Source: Eledone cirrhosa
Lineage: Eukaryota
Direction: 5' to 3'
Length of the DNA stretch: 64,000 bases
Assembly (NCBI GenBank): GCA_964016885.1
Contig: OZ024743.1
Location: forward strand, 364,002,001-364,066,000
How positions within the stretch are numbered: position 1 is the first letter of the stretch; every line of letters begins with the position of its first letter. The notes beneath the pieces are model-generated. The model was not told the DNA's origin. It searched no databases and saw only the letters and a program-made list of their open reading frames with translations. The position numbers and the translations under genes were made by a program. This document shows positions 42,916 through 56,259 of this stretch, one piece after another.

Positions 42916-43027
42916 TATATATATATATATATATATATACATATGCGTATATATATATATGCGTATATATATATATATGTGCGTATATATATATATATGC
43001 GTATATATATGTGTGTGTGTATATATG

Positions 43028-43110
<83 letters not shown>

Positions 43111-43189
43111 GTGTGTATATATATATGTGTGTATATATATATATATATATGTGTGTGTGTATATATATATATATGTATATATATATATG

Positions 43190-43244
<55 letters not shown>

Positions 43245-43297
43245 GTATATATATATATGTATATATATATATGTATATATATATGTATATATATATG

Positions 43298-43352
<55 letters not shown>

Positions 43353-43383
43353 GTATGTATATATATATATGTATATATATATG

Positions 43384-43443
<60 letters not shown>

Positions 43444-43469
43444 TATGTATATATATGTATATATATATG

Positions 43470-43501
<32 letters not shown>

Positions 43502-43583
43502 TATGTATATATATATATATGTATATATATATATGTATGTATATATATATGTATGAATATATATATATGTATATATATATATG

Positions 43584-43655
<72 letters not shown>

Positions 43656-43667
43656 TATTTGTATATA

Positions 43668-43739
<72 letters not shown>

Positions 43740-43757
43740 TGTATATATATATATATT

Positions 43758-43805
<48 letters not shown>

Positions 43806-43835
43806 CATATGTATATATATGTATATATATATATG

Positions 43836-43889
<54 letters not shown>

Positions 43890-44094
43890 ACTAAGGAAAT
43901 GTGGTAAGGAACCAGGTGGACCATAACGCACCAAAGTACTCAATGCTTGAGGTAGTAGAGTGGGTAATAGGAACCAGTAAGACCCCGACAGCTGAGCTCA
44001 AGCCGTTTCGACGGCTAATTCTAGAATTAGCCGTCGAAACGGCTTGAGCTCAGCTGTCGGGGTCTTACTGGTTCCTATATATATATCACACGTC

Positions 44095-44320
44095 AAAACA
44101 GAAACTGACCACACAAAATTCAAGAAGTCTTTGGACAAATTCCTCCAAGTAATCCCGGACAAACCACCCACACCCGGATATGTCTCCGCAAACAGTAATT
44201 CTCTTCTCGAATGGGCCATGGTGCCCAAATCCTGAATTGAAAGACTTCGCCAGGTGGTGCTATTAAGTTAGACATGGCCTGGGCCAATACTGGCCAAAAC
44301 ATTTCAAAGTTATTCAAAGT
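44095..44320 (+). mobile_element. 3' end of a CR1/L2-group LINE
   Basis: [24 protein letters not shown]-stop, 3'UTR and TTCAAAGTTA repeat tail. Also at 41604-41678 (-) and 59590-59745 (-). Confidence 0.75.
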
Positions 44321-44680
44321 TATATATATATATATATGTATATATGTATATATGTATATATGTATATATATATGTATATATGTATATATATATATGTATA
44401 TATGTATATATGTATATATGTATATGTATATATGTATATATATATGTATATATATCTATGTATATATGTATATGTATATATATATATGTATATATATATA
44501 TGTATATATGTATATTATATATATGTTTATATGTATATTATATATATGTATATATATATGTATACATGTATGTATATATGTATATATGTATATACGTGTA
44601 TATGTATATATATACGTGTATATATATATACGTGTATATATATATATACGTGTATATATACGTGTATATATATATATTAT

Positions 44681-45340
44681 GTCAGGTCACCAGTTGGTGC
44701 TACTGGTAACATGTATCCCAGTACAACCTGTCTCATGGTCGGGTCATTGGCGACTAAACTGGGAACCCCACCAAGGTTTCTTGGTGAGGAGGGTGACTTT
44801 GAACATCCTGCAGGACTAAAAACAAAACCTGTCAAAGGGCAAAAGAGCTCTTAAGAGTCAATGGCCATCCAAAATCACCGGGAGAGATGACCCCTTAGCC
44901 TTTGTCAAGGCAGAATTCTAGGAGAAGGAAAACTCTGATATAACACCTGCAACCCTAATGGTATCCAATGATGTTGACTTGTTCTTCTTTTTGGTAAATA
45001 TCATCTTGGTTAAGAGAGTGGGACTGGCTTTGTGCAGTGCTTTTGCTCACTATAAAAGCTTCACGGCACAGGCATTGCTTTATATCTGGAGATCTCTCTG
45101 CACTTGTCGTCACATGGTACCATGGGCCCAGCACTATGTGTCAATAATTGTCACAGGTGTAGTGTTTGTACCAGAGTTTTCAAGTCACTGGCTGGACTAA
45201 AAAGTCACACTCGTTCAGCGCATCGGTAGGGGTTCTCCTACATGGATATGAAGTAGTGGCCGTACTCGAAAACGAGTTGGCAGCCACCATGTATGTATGT
45301 ATGTATGTATGTATGTATGTATGTATGTATGTATGTATGT
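44681..45340 (+). mobile_element. ~610-bp non-autonomous retro-repeat with (TATG)n tail
   Basis: Highly similar inverted partner of 35141-35748. Confidence 0.7.
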
Positions 45341-45426
45341 TCATCTGGTTTTATAATTTCACAAATTTTTTCCAATAGAGAGAGTCAGTTTCTAGCATAG
45401 ACATGGCAGCCACCATATATATATAT

Positions 45427-45487
<61 letters not shown>

Positions 45488-45844
45488 CAGAGAATATTTA
45501 TATATATATCACTCTCTCACTCCGACACACACACATACATACATATAATTATATGCGTGTGCGTGTGTGTGTGTGATAAAACGCTTCATCATGTGCTAAC
45601 TACTTTGTACTAGATTTGTATAGGAAGTAGTAATTTGATATCTTGCCCCCTATCGCTCAATCACACACTTAGTTAATTAGTGGTAGAACAACAGCTTTCA
45701 ATAGCTATTTACCCATATATCCATCTTCGGACAATAACAACATCTATATATCTGTCTGTCTAGCTATCTGCTCACTAGTTATCGCTCTCTGTCTGTCTCC
45801 CTATATTTGTATGGATGAATGGCTGGGTGGATAGATAGATAGAT

Positions 45845-48800
45845 AAGTTTTTATTTATTTGCCACGAGGGCACAAAAGACGGGGACAAATACAAGGGGGG
45901 AGGGGTTGCATAAAAGAACGAGTAAAAAACAAATAACAAATATAAAATTAACAATAGGGTCCTCAATAGGGAGGAGGCGTTTGGGGGGTTACACACACCC
46001 CCGAAAAAGTGTGCAACCCTTTTCCTTATGAGCACAGAGAGGGGTTGCTCCTTTGAATCCACCTTTCCACCGACAGGCTGATAAAGAGATAAGGCCCATT
46101 CACACGGGCCATTCTCGCTACTTTCACCCACATTTTATAAAACTTGCTGGGGTAGAGCACCTCTCTCTCCATTCTGATCCTTCTCTTAAAATGGTATTTA
46201 AAGAGAAGGACCAGTTGTTGGCCGGAGAGAAAGGTGTCCAGCCTCAGCCCGTTCAAACGTGTCCACCATACCACCGCTTTCACCATGGCTATTACACAGA
46301 GGAAGACCGCCTCTCCTTCATTTTTGAAGGAGGGAGGCGGCTTGATCGTTACAATGGACTCGGTGGTCAACCGGATTGGTCCCACCCGTGACAGCAGTTG
46401 ATCGATTTAGCCCCACAGATCGGCAACGCCCGAGCAGTGTACCAATACGTGCGCAACAGTTTCCTCGTCGCGCACGCATCTGGGACATATCTTTTTCGAG
46501 GGGACCCTACCCGGGTGCCTGTGTCTGTAGAGCTTTTCTCGAACGGGCAGCGGCCCTCGGTAGCACTGCCAGGCCAGGGACCTCTGGAAGTTGTCCATAG
46601 GTCCCGGCCCAAATGTCCTCCCGAATAGGCTGGCCAGTTCGTCTTCTTCCATGCCTAGAGCTTGTCCGACGGCGTCGTTGCACCTACTAACCACCAGCCC
46701 TCTATAGAATGACGAGGTGGAGTCTCCACTGATAGCCGGGTCCGCCTGCCAGAGAGCCGTGAGCGCCTGGGCACACTCGGTGTGCCAGGCGCCCAGTTTT
46801 CTCGGTCTTTGTTTGATCCAGGACTGCAGCTCGGTGAGCGAGACGAGTCTCGGAAAGGCTCGCCTCACAAACGGGGCCCACACCGGTTGACCGGTGAGGA
46901 ATACTTGGAGGTGCCGTAGCCTTAATGCGTGTTTACGCATCAGCAGCCACGGCATCCCCAGCCCTCCTTTCGAAGGGTGTTGACAGCAGATGGATCTCCT
47001 CACCAAAGGAGCCCGCTTCTTCCAAAGGAATTGGAAAATTGCGCGCTCCATTTTGGTGAACGTTTTCCTTGGGCAAGGCACGACGGTCAGGCGGCAATAG
47101 ATGACGGACAATATATAAGCGTTCGCCACCTCCGCCCGACCTTTCAGGGATAGTTTGCACTCAGCCCACTTCTGCGTCAGCGCAAACACCCTGTTCGATA
47201 CCTCGCCCCAGTTCTTCTCCACCTAGAGGTCTGGTCCGAACAAGACCCCGAGCAACTTCACCGGGCCCTCCGTCCAACGTCCGACGACGCCGTTGGAGGC
47301 CATCGGTTTTCCCCTCCACTCGCCGAGTTGCAAACCGACTGACTTGTCCCGGTTCAGCTTAGCCCCTGTAAACTTTTCGTATTCCTCCAGTAAGGTGCCG
47401 ATCACCCCGATTTCCGAGGCGGTTGACACCATCACTGTCATGTCATCGGCGTAGGCCGACACCGCTTTCCGCAATCCCGGTTCCAAAGGGATACCCTGTA
47501 ACAACTCCAACTTCCGCAGCAGTGGCTCTAGGGCCAATACATACAGAAGGGAGGAGAGAGGGCATCCCTGTCGGATGGACAGCGTGATTTCGAACAGCTC
47601 CGAGAGGTAGCCGTTCACCTTGACCCTAGAGCAGATGCGGCTGCTGTGCTTAGCAGTGATCCAGCCCCCGAAAACGGGTCCGAAACCTGCCGCCACTAGC
47701 ACCGCATCCAGGTAACGATGGTCGACACTATCGAACGCCTTAGATTGATCCAAGTTGATTAGGGCCCCACCAAAGCCGGGTTCGTTCCCAACCCTCTCTA
47801 TGATGTATCGCATGAGATGGCGGTTGTCGTGAATGGATTTGGACGGGATGGCGCATGTCTGCGCATCTCCCACCAGGTTGCCCACGACAAGCGCCAACCT
47901 CTTTGCTAACACCTTGGCCAAAATCTTTAACTCTGCAATTAGCAGAGTTATGGGCCTAAAATTACTTATTTCATCCCCCTTGTTCTCGTCCTTCCTCACT
48001 AGCGAGACTACGCCCTTGGTCACAGAACAGGGAATTCTCCCGTTCGGTTGCCAGTTGCAGTAGACCGCCCCGAGGAGATCGAAGAACAAGTCCGGCATAC
48101 TTAAATACAGTTCGTATGGAAGACCATCGTGGCCCGGAGATTTGCGTCTGCCGCATTGTTTCAGCACGTCCCCTATTTCAGCAGCTGAGATCGGCTTCTC
48201 GCAGGACTTCGCCTCCTCGTTCGAAAGACGCGACAGGCCGTCGAAGTATGGACCGAGGTCCACATCCCCATCCGGCCCTCGCCCCTTCCGAACAATCGGG
48301 AAAAGTGCCTTTGAAAGGCCTCGCACATCTGCTTAGGTTCAAGGATCACCTGTCCATCCTGTTCTCGCAAAGACCGGATAGTGGATCTAATCCCACTTTT
48401 GGCTTCTGTCACGCGGGTCCAGCTAACAGCTTTGGTCCCCTCGTTTCCCAGAGCACGTATTTTGCTTCGGACACGCAGCCTTCGTGTTTCGCGTCGAAGA
48501 ACTGGCCCAAGGCCGTTCTCGACGCTACGCTAGCACTCTGGCTACGTCGCCGCTTCTAATTGCCTCTTCTACACTATCTACCAACTCCTTTCCTTCCTAT
48601 TTCTATCTGAGGCTAACTCCTTACTAACTCCTATTGAAGCTACTCTAATCTCTCTTTTGAGAGAGCCCTACCACCTGCTGTTGACGATGGCGCCCGTCAA
48701 CCGCTCCTTAACTAAAGTACTAATCCGGTCCCTGTAAGCTTTACTTGCCGGTAAGGACAAGTTGAGCTTCCAGTAACCGGCTCCCTGTCTATGCGTTCTA

Positions 48801-50906
48801 TCAAGGTGGACCATGGAGATCACTAACTTGTGGTCTGAATAGCCAACCATGAGCATTTCTGGACAACTTAAAAAGTCCCTATCCTTATTTCTAACTAAGG
48901 ACCTATCTAGGTACGATTCAGATTGACCGCTGTGGTTTGTTCAAGTCCAGGTTGACACAGTCGGAAAATCTAGTCGATATCTCTCGGCCAGGTCGAATCG
49001 GCCGATTAACCCCTTGAGGCTGTTACAACCCCCTCTATCAGGACATGCCCCTACATAGTCCCAACGTGCATCTAGGATACCATTCCAGTCCCCCACTAAA
49101 AGCAAGGAGCGGGACGTCCCTAGAAAGTCTCCAGACAATGGAAGAAGTCCAGCCGCGCTGACCCAAAAGGGCCGTAGACGGCGACCAGCCTTAAAGCTCC
49201 GCCTTCACTACTGCCAAGGTCCAGAACCACTAGTCGACCCTCCGGGTCGAAGTGTACCGTCTGTGTAGCGAGACCCAGATGTTTTTGCAGCAGAACGACA
49301 ACCCCACTCCCACCTCCGGACTGACAGAGAGATGCGGGCACCTCAAAGTCATCAAAAGTGGGGGCCAGCTGTCGCACGCTGCTGATCCGGGTCTCTCAAA
49401 TAACCATCACATTTATACATCGTGACCTGAGGTCATTTAGAAGCATTGCTTGCTTCCAAGGTGAGCCCAGGCCACGCGCATTTAAACAACCTACTCTCAA
49501 CACAGCCATGTTGGTGGTAAAGAGAAAAGGCACTTACCTCTCTGCGTCCCGGGGACCGGGCCGCACAATTTCCATGGGGGGTGGAAGTGTAGGGGCATCA
49601 ATGTGTGGTGGGATTGGGGAGTTTGGAGTTGTGTGGGTGTCTGGGGGGGGGGAAGATTTTTTAGGCGGACACGGTTAATGGGTCTGACGCAGGGGGGCCC
49701 CACGTCCTCTTTAAAAGTGTCTTTTAACGTTTTGTAAATGTCCATTGGGGCTTTTATCATTTTTAGATGGGGAAGCCCCGTTGCTTGTGTGAAATTCGAA
49801 CCTTCGGTTTTTATTAAGTTGTTATTATAAATAACGTTTAACAGTTTTTTGTTTATTGTGTTTATCTAAGTGTATGCATTTTTTTCTTTTTGTTTGATGT
49901 TTTTTGTTTGCTGTTGTTGTGTGTTTTTTTTTTGTGTTGATGTCTGTGTTATGTATTGGGGAGGGGTTATTTGTATTTGTGTTCCTGTGGTGTTTTTTTC
50001 TTTTTTTTCTTTTAACTTTATGAAAGTGCCCCCCCCCCCCCTCGTCTGACGACGAAAGGAGGTCGTCTTCCGTATTCGAGGGGAGGGGTACATTTTCGGC
50101 TCGTGTTTGTGGTGTGAGTGTTATTGTATTTGTTTTCTGTGTGGGGGGATGGATGGGATTGTTTTCAGTTGTGTTTTAACTTGTGTTGTTAGTTGTTTTT
50201 GTGGTGGTGGTGGTGGTGGAGGTTGTGTTGGTAGTGTTGTAGTTGTTGGTGTGGGCAAAATCGGTGTTTTTTTGTTTGCTTGGGAACAGGCAGCCCTCAG
50301 GTGACCTGCCACCACAGAGGTAACAAGCGGGTCGTCTACCCTCCACTGTGATGTGTAAGTAGGCAAGCCCATCCAGCAATATGCGGTCGAGGATCCTAGC
50401 AATTCGTTCTGGCTGCATTTGCACCAGAACTTGCAGGCTAATTCCACCAAACACGTTGCTGGAAGACTTACCTACCGAAATTACTGCATCCTCTTTCAAG
50501 TCGAAACGGCATCCATTAATGTTGGCAATTTCTCCGAGTCAATTTTTTTCACATTTTTTTCATTAGGGTTAGGCTCCATTTTTTCAATGTTTCTAATAAT
50601 CCTTATTCTTTCAGTAGGGAGGCTTGTTGCCTCCGCTACCCGCTCTCCTTCAGTGTGTTTAGTGGGCGTGTCATCGTTACCTGTGGTAATGGCTTCCATT
50701 ACCACTAGCGTATAGACAATCACAAGATTTTTAGGATGAAAATGTTCACCCTAAAAGGGGTGAAATAAATTAACCCTACTGTCCGAAGACCCAGCCAAGG
50801 GGGTTAATTGACACAATAACGCAAGAATACAGACAAACACTTACTGTTAACACGTAATATCTCCAATAATCGAGGAGCCGATGTGAAGAACGTCTATACC
50901 ATCCGG
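45845..50906 (-). mobile_element. Near-full-length decayed Tx1/L1-clade LINE (ORF1 + ORF2)
   Basis: ORF1 remnants with CYLCG..GHLRAAC (~50720-49500). ORF2 from ATG 49509: GCLNARGL, VGDWN, YSDH, YWKLN, KSPGHDGLPYE, NFRPITL, LDQSKAFD, RQGCPLS, YADD, GGLGMP, CPRC..ETVAHVLVHC. Several frameshifts; AATAAA at the 3' end. Confidence 0.92.
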
Positions 50907-50930
50907 AGATAGATAGATAGATAGATAGAT

Positions 50931-51610
50931 ATGTTTCTTTATTAGCCACAGGGGTACAAAAGAAGGGGACAAATACAAAGGGGGAAGTTTACATACAATA
51001 AAAACGTGTAAAATACTATCACAAATACAATTTAAAAGTTAATCGATTTTCCCCAATAGGGTAACACATACCCCCGAAAAAATGTGCAACCCTCATCTCC
51101 AGGAGTACGAAGAGTCTGTACCCCTTTCCTCTCCTCCTCTTTTTCCTCAACCTACAGGCTGATATAGAGAGAAGGCCCATTCACTAGGGCCATTCTCGCC
51201 ACTTTCACCTACCTTTCATAAAACTTGCTGGTACAGCACCTCTCTCTCCATCCTGATTCTTCTTCTAAAGTGGTATTTGAAAAAAAGAATCAGTTGTTGG
51301 TCGGAGAGAAAGGTGTCTGACCACAACCCTTTCCACCATACAACCTCTTTCGCCATAGCTATCACACAAAGGAAAACCGCCTCTCCTTCGTTTTTGAAGG
51401 AGGGTGGCGGTTTGATCATGACAATGGACTCGGTGGTCAACCGGATTGGTCCCACCCGCGACAATAGTCGTTCTACATAGCCCCACAGATAGATAGATAG
51501 ATAGATAGATAGATTTCTTTATTAGCCACAAGGGCGCAACAAGAAAAGGGGACAATACAAAGACATGCCGGGGATTTTACATACAGTCGTGTAAAAAAAT
51601 AAAAACAATA
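50931..51610 (-). mobile_element. Two 5'-truncated copies of the same Tx1-like family
   Basis: 50931-51488 and ~51514-51610 match the 3' end at 45845-46420. They are separated by (GATA)n. Confidence 0.85.
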
Positions 51611-51697
51611 GATAGATATGTTTCTTTATATAGATAGATAGAGACAGAGCGAGTGAGAGAACAAAGTCATCGTAATTTATTGCATATATGTTTGATA

Positions 51698-51884
51698 ATT
51701 GTTTCTACTTTAGGCACAAGGCCAGCAATTATCCAGTGCATTACTGGTACTTTATTTTATCGACCCCGTAAGGATGAAAGGCAAAGTTAACCTCGGCGGG
51801 ATTTGAACTCAGATCGTAAAGGGACGTAACTATGCTGGAAAGCATGGCGTCCGACCCTCTACCGATACTGCCAATCCACCGCCC
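51698..51884 (-). mobile_element. tRNA-derived SINE, family 1
   Basis: Reverse complement of 581-806. Confidence 0.85.
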
Positions 51885-52168
51885 TATATATGTTTGATAA
51901 TGATTAAAGAATATATGTAAAAAAAATACTGTAATTGATTTTAATGAATATATGGTGATTGCTGGAGTGACAAGAGAGAGGTCAAGGACAATCGACCATT
52001 CAAGTATCTTTATATAGAATGTTGTAATCAAATAATTTTTACTATAAACCCCCGTCACATTTGAAGGGTACTGTGCTAATACACGCACACACGCATACAT
52101 ACATAATAAATATAAGTATATATATATATGTGCATGTTTATCATTTATACATATATGCATGTACGTAC

Positions 52169-52226
<58 letters not shown>

Positions 52227-52532
52227 ATATATATATAACGAAGGAAGTGTGGTAAGGAACCAGGTGGACCATAACGCACCAGTGTACTCAATACTTAGGG
52301 TAGTAGAGTGGGTAATAGGAAAATATATATATAATTGAATATAAAAAAGAGATAAACACAGATATATACATATATGTGTTCAAATCGTACGGGACCAAAT
52401 TCGCTAGGGTGAAAAAAATACTAACTATGAACAATAGGGTTTGTCAAACTGAATTTAAAAGAATAAATCAAGAAAAGAAATACAAACCGATATTGGGGCA
52501 ACTGCCAGACACCTAGACAGCTTTTGGTAATG

Positions 52533-52683
<151 letters not shown>

Positions 52684-52794
52684 AAGAGAGAGAGTCTGTG
52701 GTGCTGAGACCGGAGAGACCACTAATCATGGAAGTCATGGGAGTACTCAATGCATGGGGAGATGCAGAGTGGGTATCTCTCTCTCTTTCTCTCA

Positions 52795-52825
<31 letters not shown>

Positions 52826-52832
<7 letters not shown>

Positions 52833-53064
52833 GACAGGGGGGAAGAAAAAATGGCTTCACTTGTGCTTTCAACAAATTTATTTTCTTCACAAAATCCAAA
52901 AAGAATTTTTCTTAAAAAAAATTATTTTATAAATTAAGTTGTTAACCAACAACTTAATTTATAAAATAATTTTTTTTAAGAAAAATTCTTTTTGGATTTT
53001 GTGAAGAAAATAAATTTGTTGAAAGCACAAGTGAAGCCATTTTTTCTTCCCCCCTGTCTTAATA
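52826..53064. repeat. Near-perfect ~115-bp-arm palindrome
   Basis: Arms mirror around ~52945 (aagttgtt-aacc-aacaactt). Confidence 0.9.
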
Positions 53065-53095
53065 TACCTAACTGTACCAAGGATTACACACATTT

Positions 53096-53149
<54 letters not shown>

Positions 53150-53608
53150 ACGTACATACATATATGTGTACAGACTTACAGTAGTATCTATATATATACA
53201 TACATGCACACATATATATGTACGTATGGGTTTATCGAACATTCATTATAATGTTCGGTTTGTTTGTAAACAAACAGCCCGAATTACGCCATACAGTGCT
53301 CGGCAACCATCGTCGCCTTTTTGTTCAACACTGACACAGGAATGATGTACGGCGTAATTCGGGCTGTTTGTTTACAAACAAACCGAACATTATAATAAAT
53401 GTTCGGTAACCCCATACGTACATATATATATATTTGTGCATGTATGTATATATATACATACTACTGTGCGTCTGTACACATATATGTATGTACGTATACA
53501 TACTTATATTTAGGTATCATCCGTACTAAGAGTGAGAAATGAAATTTCGTTTCATTCTTTTATATATATACAGTTGAACATTGCAAACTTGACTGTCACC
53601 ACACATTA

Positions 53609-53647
53609 TGAACCTGAAGATTGCGAAAGCATGAAAGTACTTGTTCA
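53609..53647 (+). ncRNA. Minimal type I hammerhead
   Basis: tgaac-CTGAAGA-t-tgc-gaaa-gca-t-GAAA-gtac-TT-gttca. Confidence 0.8.
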
Positions 53648-53759
53648 ATTAACACTTAACATTTAATATTCTATCATACTATTTCATTATAATACCTTTA
53701 TAAATTTTAAAGGATTGTAAATAAAACGAGTAAATCAGACAAAGTTGGAATTCCTTTTA

Positions 53760-53845
<86 letters not shown>

Positions 53846-54249
53846 TGTATGTATGTATGTATGTATGTATGTATGTATGTATGTATGTGTGTGTGCTTAT
53901 ATAATTGAGATAAACGGTGATTACCCGCAGAAAAGTTGCTTCCTTCGGTTAGTCGACCGTACACTTCAGAGACTTTGAATGTACTAAGATGACTATAGGC
54001 GGTGTAAACGTTAGAAATTGCTGGCTGTCGTCTGCCATGCGCCAGGAGTCTTCATTGAAATTCTTAAGGAAGAAGTTAAACATCTATCGGAAATTCAAGG
54101 TTATTGCGTTCTGTTTATTTAAGATTTATTTCAGATGGTAATGTGAAGCTTCTAAGTGAGGTGGTGTTTACATTAATTTTATACGTTCTTAAACGCATGG
54201 GGTTTATTTAACACAGCTGGTTGTTTTTCCTTTGTCCTTTCATTTCCCA

Positions 54250-55100
54250 AAGTAGTTTGATTGAGCTTTGATGCTTTCAAGTTAGCGATACCGGACCGAT
54301 GTGTTACAGTTAATCAGAATTGTATGCGCTATTCAAACAGCCAAACAACACACTATTGTCCAACTTCATATAATCGAATCTTTCACAGGAGATCAGATAT
54401 GTTCCAGTAAATATTAGCAAGAAGTTAAGTGTATCATCATCGCTCGAAATCATTTTCAACTGGTCTATAGGGTAATATTGTGAGGAAGTGAAACGTAATC
54501 GAGACCAAATGGGAATAAAGTGCGCACCAACATTATCTAGAAACTGCCTTAAAACACGTAGAATAGAAATATCTTATGGTATATTCGATCATATAACACG
54601 AGTAGAGAAGCAAGTTCCTCAAAATATTTCTTCGCCCTAACTGGAAACATTTCCCGAACGGCTACAAATTTTAAAAATAAATTTTCCCAAAGCAGCAGTA
54701 AGGTCTTCTCCATCTGAACGAAGACATGTTCAATGCAGTTGTCAACACTTAGAGCTTTACTTATTTAAGAGCAAATACTCTGAGAAAAGCATGGTATAGC
54801 TGGATAATGTCTCCAACAACTACAACACACCAACAAGTTACTTCAGGCTTAGAAATCACTCATTCAAGAGTATCCGGTACTAGTGCTACAGCTGGTTCCA
54901 CCATCATCAGTTGAAAACCATCATAGCATTTCCAAAGCCCATTTGGAAATTGAAAGACAAAGAAGAGATCATGAGTATTTAATGGTAAAGAACGGGCATT
55001 TAAGAAAGGAGAAAACTCGCGTATGTTCTGCCTCAGAGAAACCCCGCATAGTCTGCCATCGTTTCTCAGTCTTAATCAAAAAGAAAATATATTTTAAAAT
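54250..55100 (+). mobile_element. Highly decayed Naiad-type PLE coding remnant
   Basis: FKQPNNTL, VPVNISKKLSVSSSLEIIFN, KHFP, IWKLKDK, VCSASEK, LNQK are collinear with 15343-16406. Confidence 0.55.
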
Positions 55101-55189
55101 GGGTAACATGTCCAAATTATTCCTTGAGAATTTCATAGAGGTCTGCTTTCTCCTCCCAATTCAAAACAGACTACATTCGATTATTTACA

Positions 55190-55390
55190 AAGGCGGTGAA
55201 TTGGCATAATCGGTAGAGGGTCGGACGCCATGCTTTGACGCATAGAGTTACTTACGGCTCTTGCCATTCTAAGTTCAAATCCCGCCGAGGTTAACTTTGC
55301 CTTTCATCCTTACGGGCTCGATAAAATAAAGTACGAGTAATGTACTGAGATAATTGCTGGCCTTGTGCCAAAAGTGAAAACAATTATTTA
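55190..55390 (+). mobile_element. tRNA-derived SINE, family 1
   Basis: Matches 581-806. Confidence 0.85.
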
Positions 55391-56259
55391 CAACTCTTAC
55401 ACCACCAAAAGTAATCTAATTATTTTCAAACTCGCTTATAGCTAAACGTGATGGCATTTTCCTTACAAATTAAATAACGTAAGTTGTACTGAACACTTTT
55501 ATGTATTTGTACCATAACATAAAGACCTTCTTTCTCTCAATTTCTTCCCTTCTTTCTCTCTTTCACTATATATATATATATATATGTGTGTGTGTGCGTG
55601 TGTCTGTGTGCGTGTGTGCGAGTGCTGGTGTGTGTGTGTGGTGTGTGTGTATGAGGGAGAAAGGGGCAATGGAGAGGGAGCGGGGGAGAGATTCAGACAG
55701 ACATAAGTGTTTTCCTTCAAACACAATCAAATCTATTATGAGTTTATCTCTGTATAGCGAAATTATTTGAGGAGTTATTAAAGTCAATAGTCGACATTTA
55801 CCTAGGCAGCAGCAAATGCATTACGAGTGTCTCCACTCTTTTATTTTCTATTCAACACTCGTTTTATATGACGTTCTTCTTAATATAATTTATCAATTGT
55901 ATCCGCTCCACATTTTGAACTTGTCTTTGAACACACCTTATGTGACATATTACACTACATTGAGCCCAAGCAGGAGCATCTATGTAGTCACTCTACGCGC
56001 TAGAAATAGCACCTAAATCTCCCTCAAACCACACTCTGACATTCTTTTAAAAAGTACTGAATAGATCGTAGATACACTATTTGATCTGAATAAAAGATGG
56101 GATGATCACGGCAGTTATGCTTCTGATTCTAGTTTTAATTAATCAAGGCTGATCTACGGCCAAATGAGAATGACAACTCGGCGTAATTTTTACTCCCGAT
56201 TGATAGTGTTTAATATATGAGTAGCTCTGATGATTAATGAATATATATATATATATATA

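Noticed and set aside
44681-44770. HDV-like ribozyme at the 5' end of the 610-bp repeat
   Set aside because: Some helices and a CUAA segment are present, but I could not assemble a consistent P1/P1.1/P2/P3 double pseudoknot by eye.
52995-53040. Hammerhead in the 52826-53064 palindrome (GTGAAGA...GAAA)
   Set aside because: G3 with G8 is not compensatory, and there is no convincing stem I or UH site.
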